DNA of 64,000 nucleotides from Ascidiella aspersa. Lineage: Eukaryota. Under the pieces are notes generated by a model, which searched no databases, was not told the DNA's origin, and saw only the letters and a program-made list of their open reading frames with translations. Positions within the stretch are counted from its first letter, which is position 1; every line of letters begins with the position of its first letter. A program made the position numbers and the translations under genes. The DNA lies in contig OZ004611.1 of NCBI GenBank assembly GCA_963924565.1, positions 17,980,001-18,044,000 of the forward strand. The letters run 5' to 3'. Shown here one piece after another: positions 50,101 through 61,120 of the stretch.

Positions 50101-53100
50101 ATAAGTGAAACCGCAACATTCATTCGGCAGCTTGACCGATTTATTTACTACATTTTCCTATGTTAGAGCTCCATTGCTGTGAGAGCACATTTTGACTAAC
50201 CACATAGTGAGAGGTGGGCAGTGTGGAAGTTAACTAGTTTAGAAATATGACAGATTTTTTGTTGTCTACATCAAACACAAACAAGCATTCATTTAATTTT
50301 TCTATCCACTTTGTAGTGGGTTTAAAGAGCTGACCGCTTGTTTTAGTTTCTGCAATTTGTAGTTTAGACAACCATTTCTGTTTAACCAATAGCCTTTAAC
50401 CGGTGTATTAAAACATAAACGCATATCACTGAAAGGATTCAATTACCAACTTGGAAACTGTCTCATTATGTAACCGCCTTTAAAATGTTTTTAAACTTTT
50501 ACCTTCGCGAATTCCATCATTCTCAACTCAACAGCTGGCAGCCTAAATCGGGTTTCGTGACTTTACACCGCAATAGGGTTTTCGAATTACCGGGTTGTGA
50601 AGTTTAAAAGATCGCGTGTGAAACGATGAAAATAGGAAGTATTCACATACAACAGAAAATCCTTTGCAAGTCGTAATTGTGAGATTGAATATTTTAAAAC
50701 TCGAAATTGGTATTACGTTTTTTTCTTACTAAGTAAAGTGTAACATTTTTCTTGAAATGTTTTTCTGGTGGGCTAAACAGTTACAAAACATTTATGATAA
50801 CTGCATTTTCTAAAAAAATCCCTATGGTGCAAAAACAGGTTTTGTGGCGGGTAAAATTGAAAATGCAATAAAAACCTCACTGAACAAGTTTTTGTGCGAT
50901 TATATCTGACAGATAAACTACTTCACCGGGTGGAATAACATCGGTACTCTAAATGTCATTGCGTGAACAACAGATTTCTAAGTCTTATTTAGTTTACGAT
51001 GGTACACTTGAAGCATAAACCTTGCGGAAACTAGGCGTTGGTAGCTTTGCCTGTTTTCCCTTCTTTAAGCGCAGAGCAAATCCCGAGCCCAAATAACTTG
51101 AAAGCGCCAAGGCGGTCGTCGCCTGTGCCGGTAATGATGTATAAGCCGCAGGACCCCCCGCACTCGCTGGCTGCCATATTTATCGCGAGGCGCGCTGTTT
51201 TCTAGCTGTGCTTACGGGCGCATCCAAGTTAGCGCAAGACAATGCGCACCCGCCGAGCAGACGAAGACCACACAATTTTGTGCGGCCCCGTTTCTGTTGA
51301 TAACTGGCGCTTTACAGTTATTGAAACACGATTGGCGATTTTTGAAAAGACCTTATTAAACTTTTAAAAAGTATTTATAAATTGTTCCTGTTTCCGTCCC
51401 CAATTTGGCTAATTTATTTATCAAAAATGGTTGGGCCAATTTTGTGACCATTAAAATATTCAAGGCATACGTTTTGCTGTGCATCTTTGCAATTGTCAGT
51501 ATGGGTATAGTTAGTGAATGTATCTTACATTTTTTTGCGCTTAAAGCGAATGCAAACCTAACGATTTCAGCGAACGACCAGCAATATTTCATTTAAAGAA
51601 TAGATGGACATTGTTATTGCAGGTCACAATACAGACGAATTGTTTGGCCGCCTACCAGAGTTGTCTTACGTAAATTTCACTGCCTGTAAATAAAACAAAC
51701 AATTTTCAAACTTTAGAAAAGTATCTGGCCTATTTTTGAAATATGCTTAAGGAATTGAATTAAATTTACATATCATTAAAATATTAAAATGTTGGTTTCT
51801 ATTATTAAATATATATATTTCGTCCTAAATGAATAAAAACAAGATATTATAAATAGTTTATGTATCAGTTACAAAAGCGTAAAAATACCATTTTAATTGG
51901 TGTAAAAACACTAACATCAAAATAACGTTTTAAAGATGGCATACATAAAACAACTGTTAAAAAAGATATATTTTAACTGTCCCATGGCATTAAAAAATAA
52001 GCCATGCATCTCTGTGGTGGAAATTCACGTTCGTCCTCTATCTTTTGTCCTGCAGCCATCAAAGTCTACTGACAGCCTGGGAAGCGAATTCCCGTGCAAT
52101 GACACACCACACAAGGACATAGAGCATAGTTGAAAAGGATCCATAGAAAGTCAAAACAAGGCCCTCTTCACAGAAGCCGGGCCTTTTATTCATCGGATCG
52201 GGTAAAAAAGCGTAGCGAGCCAGTTAAATCTGGTCGCTTTGTTAAAGCTTTTCAATGCGATCCCCCACACCACCACTACATACTATACTGTGCTACTCCG
52301 ATGTTAGAAAGATCCCTTTGTGCCACGCGACTGTCCCATTGATGCAGCATCACACACAAAAAGCTGGTGCTCCTTGTACGACGGAGGCGTGCTGGAATAA
52401 TGGAATACAGACAATGCGGAGAGGGCCCTCGCAAGCCGACTGTGTTACGAGGCAATGGTAAACTGTAGGCGGCTGCTGGTCAGAAACAATGCCTTTGAGG
52501 CGTCACACACTTTCCAGGAAGCATTGAATCACCTTTTATTCTGTCGCAGCAAGTGATATCGATTTGAGCGTTCAGTAAGCAGCAGCACCGACAGAAACAA
52601 ATTAAGGTAGAAAAAGCAGATTTTCAAGGACTCGGGAGTAATCATAGATCTGCTTAGTTTGATATTTTGTTAGGTTTGATAAGTCAAAAGTGTAATTACC
52701 AAAGAAGACGACGAAATTAAAGCGTATCTTTTTTCAAGGCAGAACGCAAGATACTTTTACCAAAAATGTATTTTGCTTTTCTACAAATTCAAGTATATTC
52801 GAAGAAATATTTTCTAAGCTGATATTGAACTTATGATACATAGCAATTGATATTTTTTTCAAATAACACCGATTTTGCTTTATTTAAGTTTTTGTTTCAA
52901 AATAATATAATAAACAAAATGGTGTATCTTCAATTTGATATACAAATATGTGCGATAAAATACTTGATATGGTTTGAAGCGTTACCATTACAGTAGCACG
53001 GAAAACAACAAATCAATCCCATAGTTTTGCACTAAACAAGATTTGTAGAATTTGTTAACGTATAGAATAGATATAGTTTTTATTGCGTACATTTGGCCGG

Positions 53101-54129
53101 TTAAATTTATTGGTTTTATTGCTTGTACTGAATAATAAAATCAACATAAGATAATACCAAACGATTCGTAGCCACACAAAGGTAGGCCTATATAGGATAC
53201 AGCGAAGTTTTTTTTAAAAGTTTGTTACGATATGTGAAAAATCGCAGTTGTAAAATGGCGCAATTAACGTTCGAAATTGCACAGGAGAACCAATGGCTAG
53301 TTGCGGCTCTTTACCGCCAAATGCGTTTAGTGGCTATCAGAAAGACGAATAAAATGGCCATAAGCGTTGAAATCGTGCGTAGTTGATGGATGTGACAGTA
53401 CAAACAGTAGAATGAAGCTAAAAGCGATATTGATGGAATCAATTTTCCGAGTGCAAACTGAGTGAAATCGCTTGTCGATTTTTACCTTTTTACCAAAGGT
53501 TTGGGCTTACAAAGGGCTTGTTTACATAATTTATTTTGACCTTTCGCAATTTTTAATTGCCGCCTTTTGGTATAACATCAACATATATGGTAACACAGTT
53601 TACTCACTATCAGGTGTTTATAATTTATTACTTTTAAATTTTAACACAGTATTTATATCATAAAAAATATGAAGAGAATCGAAGTTCGACGTATAAAAAG
53701 AAACAGCTGGGCAAACAAATCATTCTGTGTAAGTAAACTTTGTCCCTTTGTTAAAAAGTCCCCTACAGCAGCAGTGGTTTTTCTTACAACGTGAATAAAA
53801 AAACTTTGTCGGAAATATTGCCTTAAAAAAATATTTTTCTTGAATAGACACTAAGTTTTAAAAATAATTTTTATTTTATTCACAATAGACTCAACGTTAA
53901 TCGTCTGGAAATAAGATGTGATTGTCTGATTTATGTTTTTTACGGTTTGGGCATCCCGTAATACAAATTTAATTTCAGCGTTCAGATAAACCACAACAGC
54001 GTTTTTTATGTTGATTTTGTTAAAACTTTTAGAACAACATATATATTGACATTATTAAATCTTTACCCAACCTAAACGCGTCTACCAGGAGATATCCAGT
54101 GATTTTTTAAAACAAAACACACTATCTCC

Positions 54130-54367
54130 TAGGGCTCGCGTTTTAAAACATTTTTGCTCAAGGCTCACTTGATATAAGTAATCGAAACTAGCCCCCTATC
54201 TTAAATTAATATGTTGATAAACACAAATCTTTTACTAAATTTACTGTTAGGTTTAAAGTCGGCCAAGGTTTTCAGATCATCATAAAATGCGCAAAGGCAG
54301 TGAAAAAAGGCGCTTAAAACTGGCAGGCTGCTAGACTTTCTCGCACACACCAGTTAAAGAAGCCCTG
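54130..54367. mobile_element. Decayed hAT-MITE relic
   Basis: Right end tcgcacacaccagttaaagaagccctg resembles the CCAGTTTxAGAAxCCCTG terminus; left end degenerate. Confidence 0.3.
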
Positions 54368-55319
54368 CTATGCTATGCTATAGAGAGTTTGCGCCGCCTT
54401 CATAAGAGCTAATTAAAAGCATCAGGGACACTTGATCAAACACCGGACGCCAGAAAATCCAAATTTGTTACTACGGTGATAAACTGGTACGACTTGATTG
54501 TAAGCGATGACTCAACTTGGTCTGTGCAAAACGCTTTAACTATTGTGATATGTTATAACTTATAAATAAATATCGTGATCACGAGAATTTCGTTTGGTTT
54601 TACTCATATTTTCTTTCTTAACGATAGTAACATAATGTGCAGCACATTTTTTATTCTTTTTTGTTCCAAGCACAAAATCCGCATATATTACCAAAAAAGC
54701 ATATACGGAATCTGTTAAATACGTTAAATAAAACTATATAAAAAAAACAATTCGTTACGCATAATTGAATATTATAATTGCAAAGTTAAAATTCAAAGCA
54801 CGCGGGAAAATACTGTCTGTGGTCCCAGGAAGCAATGCGGTTTGACTGAGCAATGCGTTAATCACAGCGTAATCATCGTTGGAATCGTTTAAAATCACGT
54901 TTTACAAAGACTGTAGTTTCCAACATATGAAACGCAGTAGGCAAAATGTGGTAAACAAAAGCAAAAAAAACAGAGGTTAAACTCATTCGAAATAACTGAA
55001 AGGCTTCTTTTTTCAATTTGTCAACCAAGCTTTTGATAAGTATTTAAATAGGGCACCTTACCTACCACTCGTTATAATCCCCAAGTAGATCAAAAAAGAA
55101 CGCTGCTGGACTTTACCGTATCAATAAATCAGAAATCACAAACATAATATTCAACCCATGGAAAAAATATTCAATGAAACTGTTTTGAGAATACAAGGGT
55201 TTTATAACTGAACAAACCAACGGTAATAGTTAAAAAGAGATAGTATTAAATTTAATTACGTTTGATTTGGCAATATTTTACTAAACAATACTCGGGAGTC
55301 TAGACTCTGCTCTAATTGC

Positions 55320-55370
55320 TTATTCTTTCTTTGGTTTGGGACCGGCGTTTGCATTCCAATAGTAGAGGAT
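55320..55370 (-). CDS. MPDU1: MPDU1 last coding exon
   Basis: tatttacag|ATC CTC TAC TAT TGG ... AAA GAA TAA; 51 nt. Confidence 0.88.
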   Translation of the reverse strand: MLYYWNANAGPKPKKE

Positions 55371-55835
55371 CTGTAAATAGTTTATTTCATTCATTTTAGA
55401 AAAGAAAACACACACACACACAAACAACAACAAAAAACATAACCAAATTTTTATAATGCTATCAAAATAAGTTGTCCTATAATAGACACTTTTTCAAGAT
55501 CTAATGATTTAAATAAGAAAAAGTTTTTGCTTGTTAACTACTTAAATAATGTATCTCTACAATATAATGAAAATATGAGCAGGGAATAACTTCATTACGC
55601 TCAAAAATATAAATTCAGGACAAAACGGTAGAACTTTGTAAGCAACCCTTACTTGAAAAAGAATCGTCCCATTAGCAATTGTTGAAACCACGTAGTTGGC
55701 GATAACCAAGGAGTCTCCGGTCTCTTGAATCGAGGTAAAAATACGGGCCATGGAGCCCAGGAATAAAAGAGATACGGTAATGACTGAGAGCTGGCCCGTG
55801 TGACCGTTTTTGTAATTGTCCAACGCTTGGATTAA
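55320..55835 (-). CDS. MPDU1: MPDU1 (mannose-P-dolichol utilization defect 1, PQ-loop family), last two coding exons; 5' exons not found in the window
   Basis: Exon 55835-55653 reads LIQALDNYKNGHTGQLSVITVSLLFLGSMARIFTSIQETGDSLVIANYVVSTIANGTILFQ; exon 55370-55320 reads ILYYWNANAGPKPKKE*. Together they match the MPDU1 C-terminus (NGHTGQLS...GSLARIFTSIQETGD...YWN) with a di-lysine-like tail. Splice sites are canonical and phase 0. Confidence 0.93.
55653..55835 (-). CDS. MPDU1: MPDU1 penultimate exon
   Basis: ttttcag|TTA ATC CAA ... TTT CAA|gtaagg; 183 nt. Confidence 0.92.
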
Positions 55836-58800
55836 CTGAAAATAAAACAGCAGAATTTAATCGAAAGGCTCCCATAAGGCGTTATATACGAGAAACAATG
55901 TTTTAATTAAGCTTTTTTTGTGACTGATATCAACCTTTTTAAACAAGTAAATGTGACAGCATTCAGGAAATATTTGAACATCATGTAAATGTTGATTCGC
56001 ATTTTGATTTTTTTCTCACTAAAAGGCTTACTGCGGTATTTGGCACTATCGCAAATCTTTATTGCTTGGTACATTAGTTGATAAATTTACCGTTGAAATC
56101 CTAACGATAACGAAGTATAATTATGTAATCAACGTTTGTCTCCACCTAAAATTATACCGTTCACATGGCCGACACTTTACTTGAGATGACCCGATTAATC
56201 AAGTCAACGCAGACCTAAATGACAGCGTCACATAAGGATATTGGTTTAAAACAGGTGCAAAGTGTCGTAAAAAATGCTAGCAAGATGGTTTGCCTTAAAG
56301 TGCGTGCTACACCTTGAAAATTTCGTCATTGCAGCAGTACATGGGTGTCAGGCAACGACGCGAATAGTCAGGACCAATACTCGATGGAAAATTCCGCGCT
56401 AGTAGGTTACCCATCTTCTTGCGGCCTTCGTGCTGTTGCTTTGCCTTCTCAAGTCAAGTGTGCTGTGACCGTGGGGCGCGGCCCGATTATGTTTTTATTA
56501 ATATTCATTGGCCGGAAATTCGATCCGCGATCTAGCGAGCGGCACCGAACCCGATCAAGCAGAACTGGCAACCGGGAGACGCCGTGGGTTACGTCACGAC
56601 TAGTTTTGAATTTCACAAAAAAATTAAAAAAAATCATCTTAACGAAACATGGCAGAATGTTGTTTTTAAAGGAAATATTGATGTATAACATAATGAAAAA
56701 CAGATTCCAAAAAGTGAAAAAAGTAAATAGTATTGGAAGTTATTTGGGAGTAACGGCCAGCCTAATTCTACAACTCTTTATGCGTTGAAGGTTACTTAAA
56801 TACAGCGGCAAATCGTTATGGGCAACCTCGCCGAAGGAAAAAGCGTGTACAAGTGTGCGACAACCCTCGAACTATGCTTTCGAAGATGTCAAGAGCCGTC
56901 GCCGGGGCAAGCTCCGTTGGCATTCGAGGGTCGAAAGATTGCCGCCTGAAACTTGACAGCGCAAGTGACGTCACTCAGCACGTGTTTCGTCTTAGGTTAC
57001 GACGTGCTTGGGCGCGCTAAAAACCAGCGAGGCGAAACGCAAGCGGTGTGACGAGCGGCATACTTTATAGGGGAGGTCGTTATACGGGGGTTGGCAACTT
57101 GGCACAAACCTCGGCGCTTTCGACGTCACAGCAGAGAAAACTGAACAAAAAAAAATTCGCACAGTTTTCAGAAAAAAATGTTTTATACGAACATCGTAAA
57201 TAATTACTATGTTAATACGTAGAAAAGTTGTTGGCTTTTCATTTGTATGTAAAGTAATTACACGACGTATTTATAAGCGTTACTATAATTAACTGTGATA
57301 CTTTTCCGAATAAAATTATGGTAGGTTGATTGACCCTTGGCCTTCCAAAATTTTCATTTTCACTTTTCAGGTACGACGGCATTTCTAGGAGAATTTTGTT
57401 GGAGATGGGAGAAAATTTACCTTCAACATTAGGTCAATAGGCTCTGAAAGCATGATACCACGCAGCGAATAAAATAAGTCGAAATGCACTCGAACAAAGA
57501 AAGGTAGTTTAGTGGCGCCGCTGGCCCTTCGTAATCGCATTACGGCATCGGCGCCACACAAGACGCGCCCGGAAGAGCCCAGGGGCACCGGAGTTTTGCT
57601 TAGCCCGAGATAAGCCAACCCGCGTGCTAAGGGGCCGCGACGTCGGATCTTTCTGTCTATCTATAAAGGCGACCTGTTGTTTTTGGGAAGCCGCGATATT
57701 AAAGCGAGATTATAGGCGAGGCCGACGTGGGAAAGCAAGGGAAACATGGGTTGTTTGAAAAATTCGGTCTTAATAAAGGTGTTGGCACGCGGGTTTTTCG
57801 TATTGAATTTCTTCTAAACGGCGCGTGCTATCGGTTTTTGTAAATAACAACCCAAAAACAACGCATATCTTTATAAGTGAATCTAATCCTTTCGTTTTTG
57901 CAAAACCTTATAGTACAATGTAGGCAGTTTAAATGTCTTTAGAGAGAATATTTTTTCGGAAAAGCATATAACACAAATATTTGTGCTGTACAAGCCAAAA
58001 CAAAATGTGTCGCGATATCATATCGGCACCATATATGCATATAGAAGCTTTCTTTTAACATCTTTTAAGCAAACTAGCAAAAGAAAATAACTCGACTACA
58101 TCACAAGCTAGTGACATAACAGTTTACATAACGTCGCGAGGCCCAGGGGTTGCGGGAGGGGGTTACAAGAGGGACTGTCGTGCGCAAATAAAGGCGTTTT
58201 GGCCGAGGGCTGGGATAAAAGAGCAAGAGAGAAAATAAAAGCGGAGTCAATCCATTATGATAAAAGGTAAGTAAACAACGTCACGCGGCATATCATCACC
58301 ATCACAGGCGTTCAGCGGCGGTGTGAAACACAAGGCCCACTTATTTGTGGCGCTGTTGTTTCAAGCCATGAGGATTTATCGCCGGTCGTAGGGGGCGAGA
58401 TGAGGTTTGTCCAAAAAACGAGGGATTTTATCACCGTCATCTTATAGGTAGGACAGGCCGTTGGGTTCAGTCAACGCAAGGGCTCGACCACGTAAGTACC
58501 CTGGCGCCAAGGCCGGAAAAAGAAGTCTGATGAAATTAAAAAAAAAAGAATAAATGTGCCCCTGAAAACATCCTACAATAATTTGATTTACAACAACGGA
58601 CAATGTCGGACAGACCATTACACACGAACTGAAAAAATTCAATCAAATAGGCAATAAACACCCTTCGTTTGTCTAAACCCATGTGCTTAGATGCGGAAAA
58701 CAAAGTTTGTGCGTTAAAAAAAAAAAACACCAAACTAAAGCGTATTCGTGTAAAAGTACATTTTAATATTTCTTCCTAACATTGTAGACTTCAAACGTAC

Positions 58801-60073
58801 GTACAATACAGCAGGCGAGCAGGTGTTTTTTATAAGGATTGCTGTTGGTGGGTAAGAAAATTCTGTGGCCGGAAATTGAGCCTTTATAAACAACAGGTGC
58901 AATGGCCGGTTTAGTTTAAAACTCAATGCAGATTTATAGCAAGAGTTTGATTTTATAGCAAAAGGTTGTCAAGTAACTTTGCCCGGCCATACTATTTTAT
59001 TTGCAGATTATTTTGTTATGCAAATTAGATGGACTATGAATGTTTTTAGACAAGCATTAAAATGTTTTGTTAATATTGCATTTATGCGCTTCAGTCAAAG
59101 CTTGTTTAGGTTTTCTCTAAAAGTCATGGCACCTCAACTGGAAGAAACCGCAAATGGTGCCAATATGCGTCAAATATCGGGTAGCCCCATAAGAAAATAG
59201 AAGTCAAATCACTAACGGTGGTAACGTAATGGCAAGTTTTGGGGTAGAGTCGTTGATAAGTCCGGGGCACGCTATCCCGCAAGTCCGCGTGCCGATGGCC
59301 GGCAATGATATGTTTGGCGCGTGAGAATTCCGCGCCGCTGCTATTAACTTGCAATCCGAGGGATCAACCTAAAACACAGGGCCAGCCTTCTAATGGGTTA
59401 TTACCAGCACAGCGCAGTTTTGAGCAAATTGCACGCAGCCGAGCTTGTATTGCGACCTTTCGTTAAGGCCATCATTAAATATTTCGGGGCATTTCTGTAT
59501 TTAGGCGAGTTTTTACTTGTTACGCCAGACTAGTTTGGACTTGAAAATCAGGCGATAGTTATCCAATTTTCAAGTGAAGTTGCCCGAATCGTGTAGGAAG
59601 TGGCACTTATTAACGTTGTGCAATTTTTTATGGTAGCTCTTGCATAAGCAGTGCAAGAAGTGGTACTTAGTTTAGAATAATGATGCTTCTGTATATTACT
59701 ATAACTTGAAACTTTTTCAACCCAAAACGATTTTGTTGGGAAACAATTTTGACCACAGCTGTTAAACATATACTTTTAACGACTGTTTTATTTTAGCAGA
59801 AAGGTTAAAGCTTATAGGATGTGTTCCAGGTTCAACACGACTGAACAATTTCCAGTAGACCGGATTTAGGTCGTGTGATAAATGCTTTTATTAGCAATAT
59901 GGTTACGACAGGTCGCGGTAGATTTTGAGGCCATTGTAGTCAAGCGGATGACTTGAGGGTCGAACTTAAGAGAAAAAAATTAAGTTGCGAATTTCCGTTT
60001 TTAGATAGCCCTTTGCAGGTAGTGGTGATTCATTATTGTAAACATCGAAACAAACATACTACTGTCGCTTCAG

Positions 60074-60137
60074 TATAAACTACTATTGACACGAACACTT
60101 GTTTTCATAATATAAACTAGTATTGACACGAACACTT
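60074..60137. repeat. 27-bp local direct duplication (period 37)
   Basis: tataaacta(c/g)tattgacacgaacactt at 60074 and 60111. Confidence 0.85.
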
Positions 60138-60659
60138 TACATTTTGGGAAACTGTATTTCTTGTTAAAAATGCATTTTTAAGAGGAATTATCAATTACAT
60201 TATCAACTTTTTAAACGTTGTTCATAACTCGTGGGCCTTGCTTTTTTCTAAAACGTCATTACAGCTTCAATTTTTAACAGTTGAGGTATATTAGGTGAAG
60301 GTGGGTTTAACGAGCGTAAATAAAAAGTGGTAGAGCCACGCGAAGTTTTCTTAGAAAGGCGTTCTAAATTGTATAAAAATATAAATAAAAAACAAGCTTT
60401 TACAACCTCACTTTTAAAAAAGGATAGGTAAATAGCAATTAACGTCAAAAAACACAAATTACTACATAATTGGCTTTTAAAGTAGTGCAAAAGTTTTAGA
60501 AAGTTCGATTAAAAAAAAAACTATTCCGAGAAAAAACAAATTTTCGTTTACTATTGAAAACAGCTGGTCTTCAAACATTTTTCCGGTCAAACTTTGGCCC
60601 AACATCTCAACACTCGACCAGATCGTTTGAGTTTGTGTCACTCAAGAAACCCCGTTTGA

Positions 60660-61120
60660 CGCATACATGCCAGAGAAATGGGTTTCGTACAGTAGAGTAG
60701 AGCAGTCATACACGATACACGGCCAATTAGCTTCAGCGGTGGCAGTGCGACTGACACGTGCAGAGAAGCCATGCATTGAAGACCAATCGGCCACGGCAGA
60801 TAATGTTACATGGGGCTGGGGGGACAACAAAAGCCCCCGCCCACCACCAGGCGGCTGGGCAAAAATTGAAAAAGCAATCGGGCGTGACCGAAAATAAAAC
60901 CAAAGAAGAAAAAAGGGACAATGGCGGCATGGGATCTACGCGAGGGTGGCTTTGAATGGGGACACGAGTGGGCGCAATATGACGCGCGCAGGGGGGCGGA
61001 AGGGCGGGGGAGGGGCTCGGTGAACAAGCGGCGCGCAAGGCATGACGTCACGCACGGGCGGAGTTGAAAGAGCGGACTTTTTTGCGACACAGCGCCGAAG
61101 CGCATTCACTCAGCACAAAG
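60660..61120. promoter_or_regulatory. GC-box/CRE/CCAAT promoter-like island inside the MPDU1 intron
   Basis: GGGCGG at 60994, 61002 and 61056; TGACGTCA at 61043; CCAAT at ~60723 and ~60783. Confidence 0.45.

Larger units (their letters stand above)
36500..52600. promoter_or_regulatory. Downstream array of GC/CpG-rich noncoding islands: putative SoxB1 3' enhancers
   Basis: Same island/spacer pattern between the SoxB1 3' end and the MPDU1 3' end; no credible exons. Confidence 0.5.
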
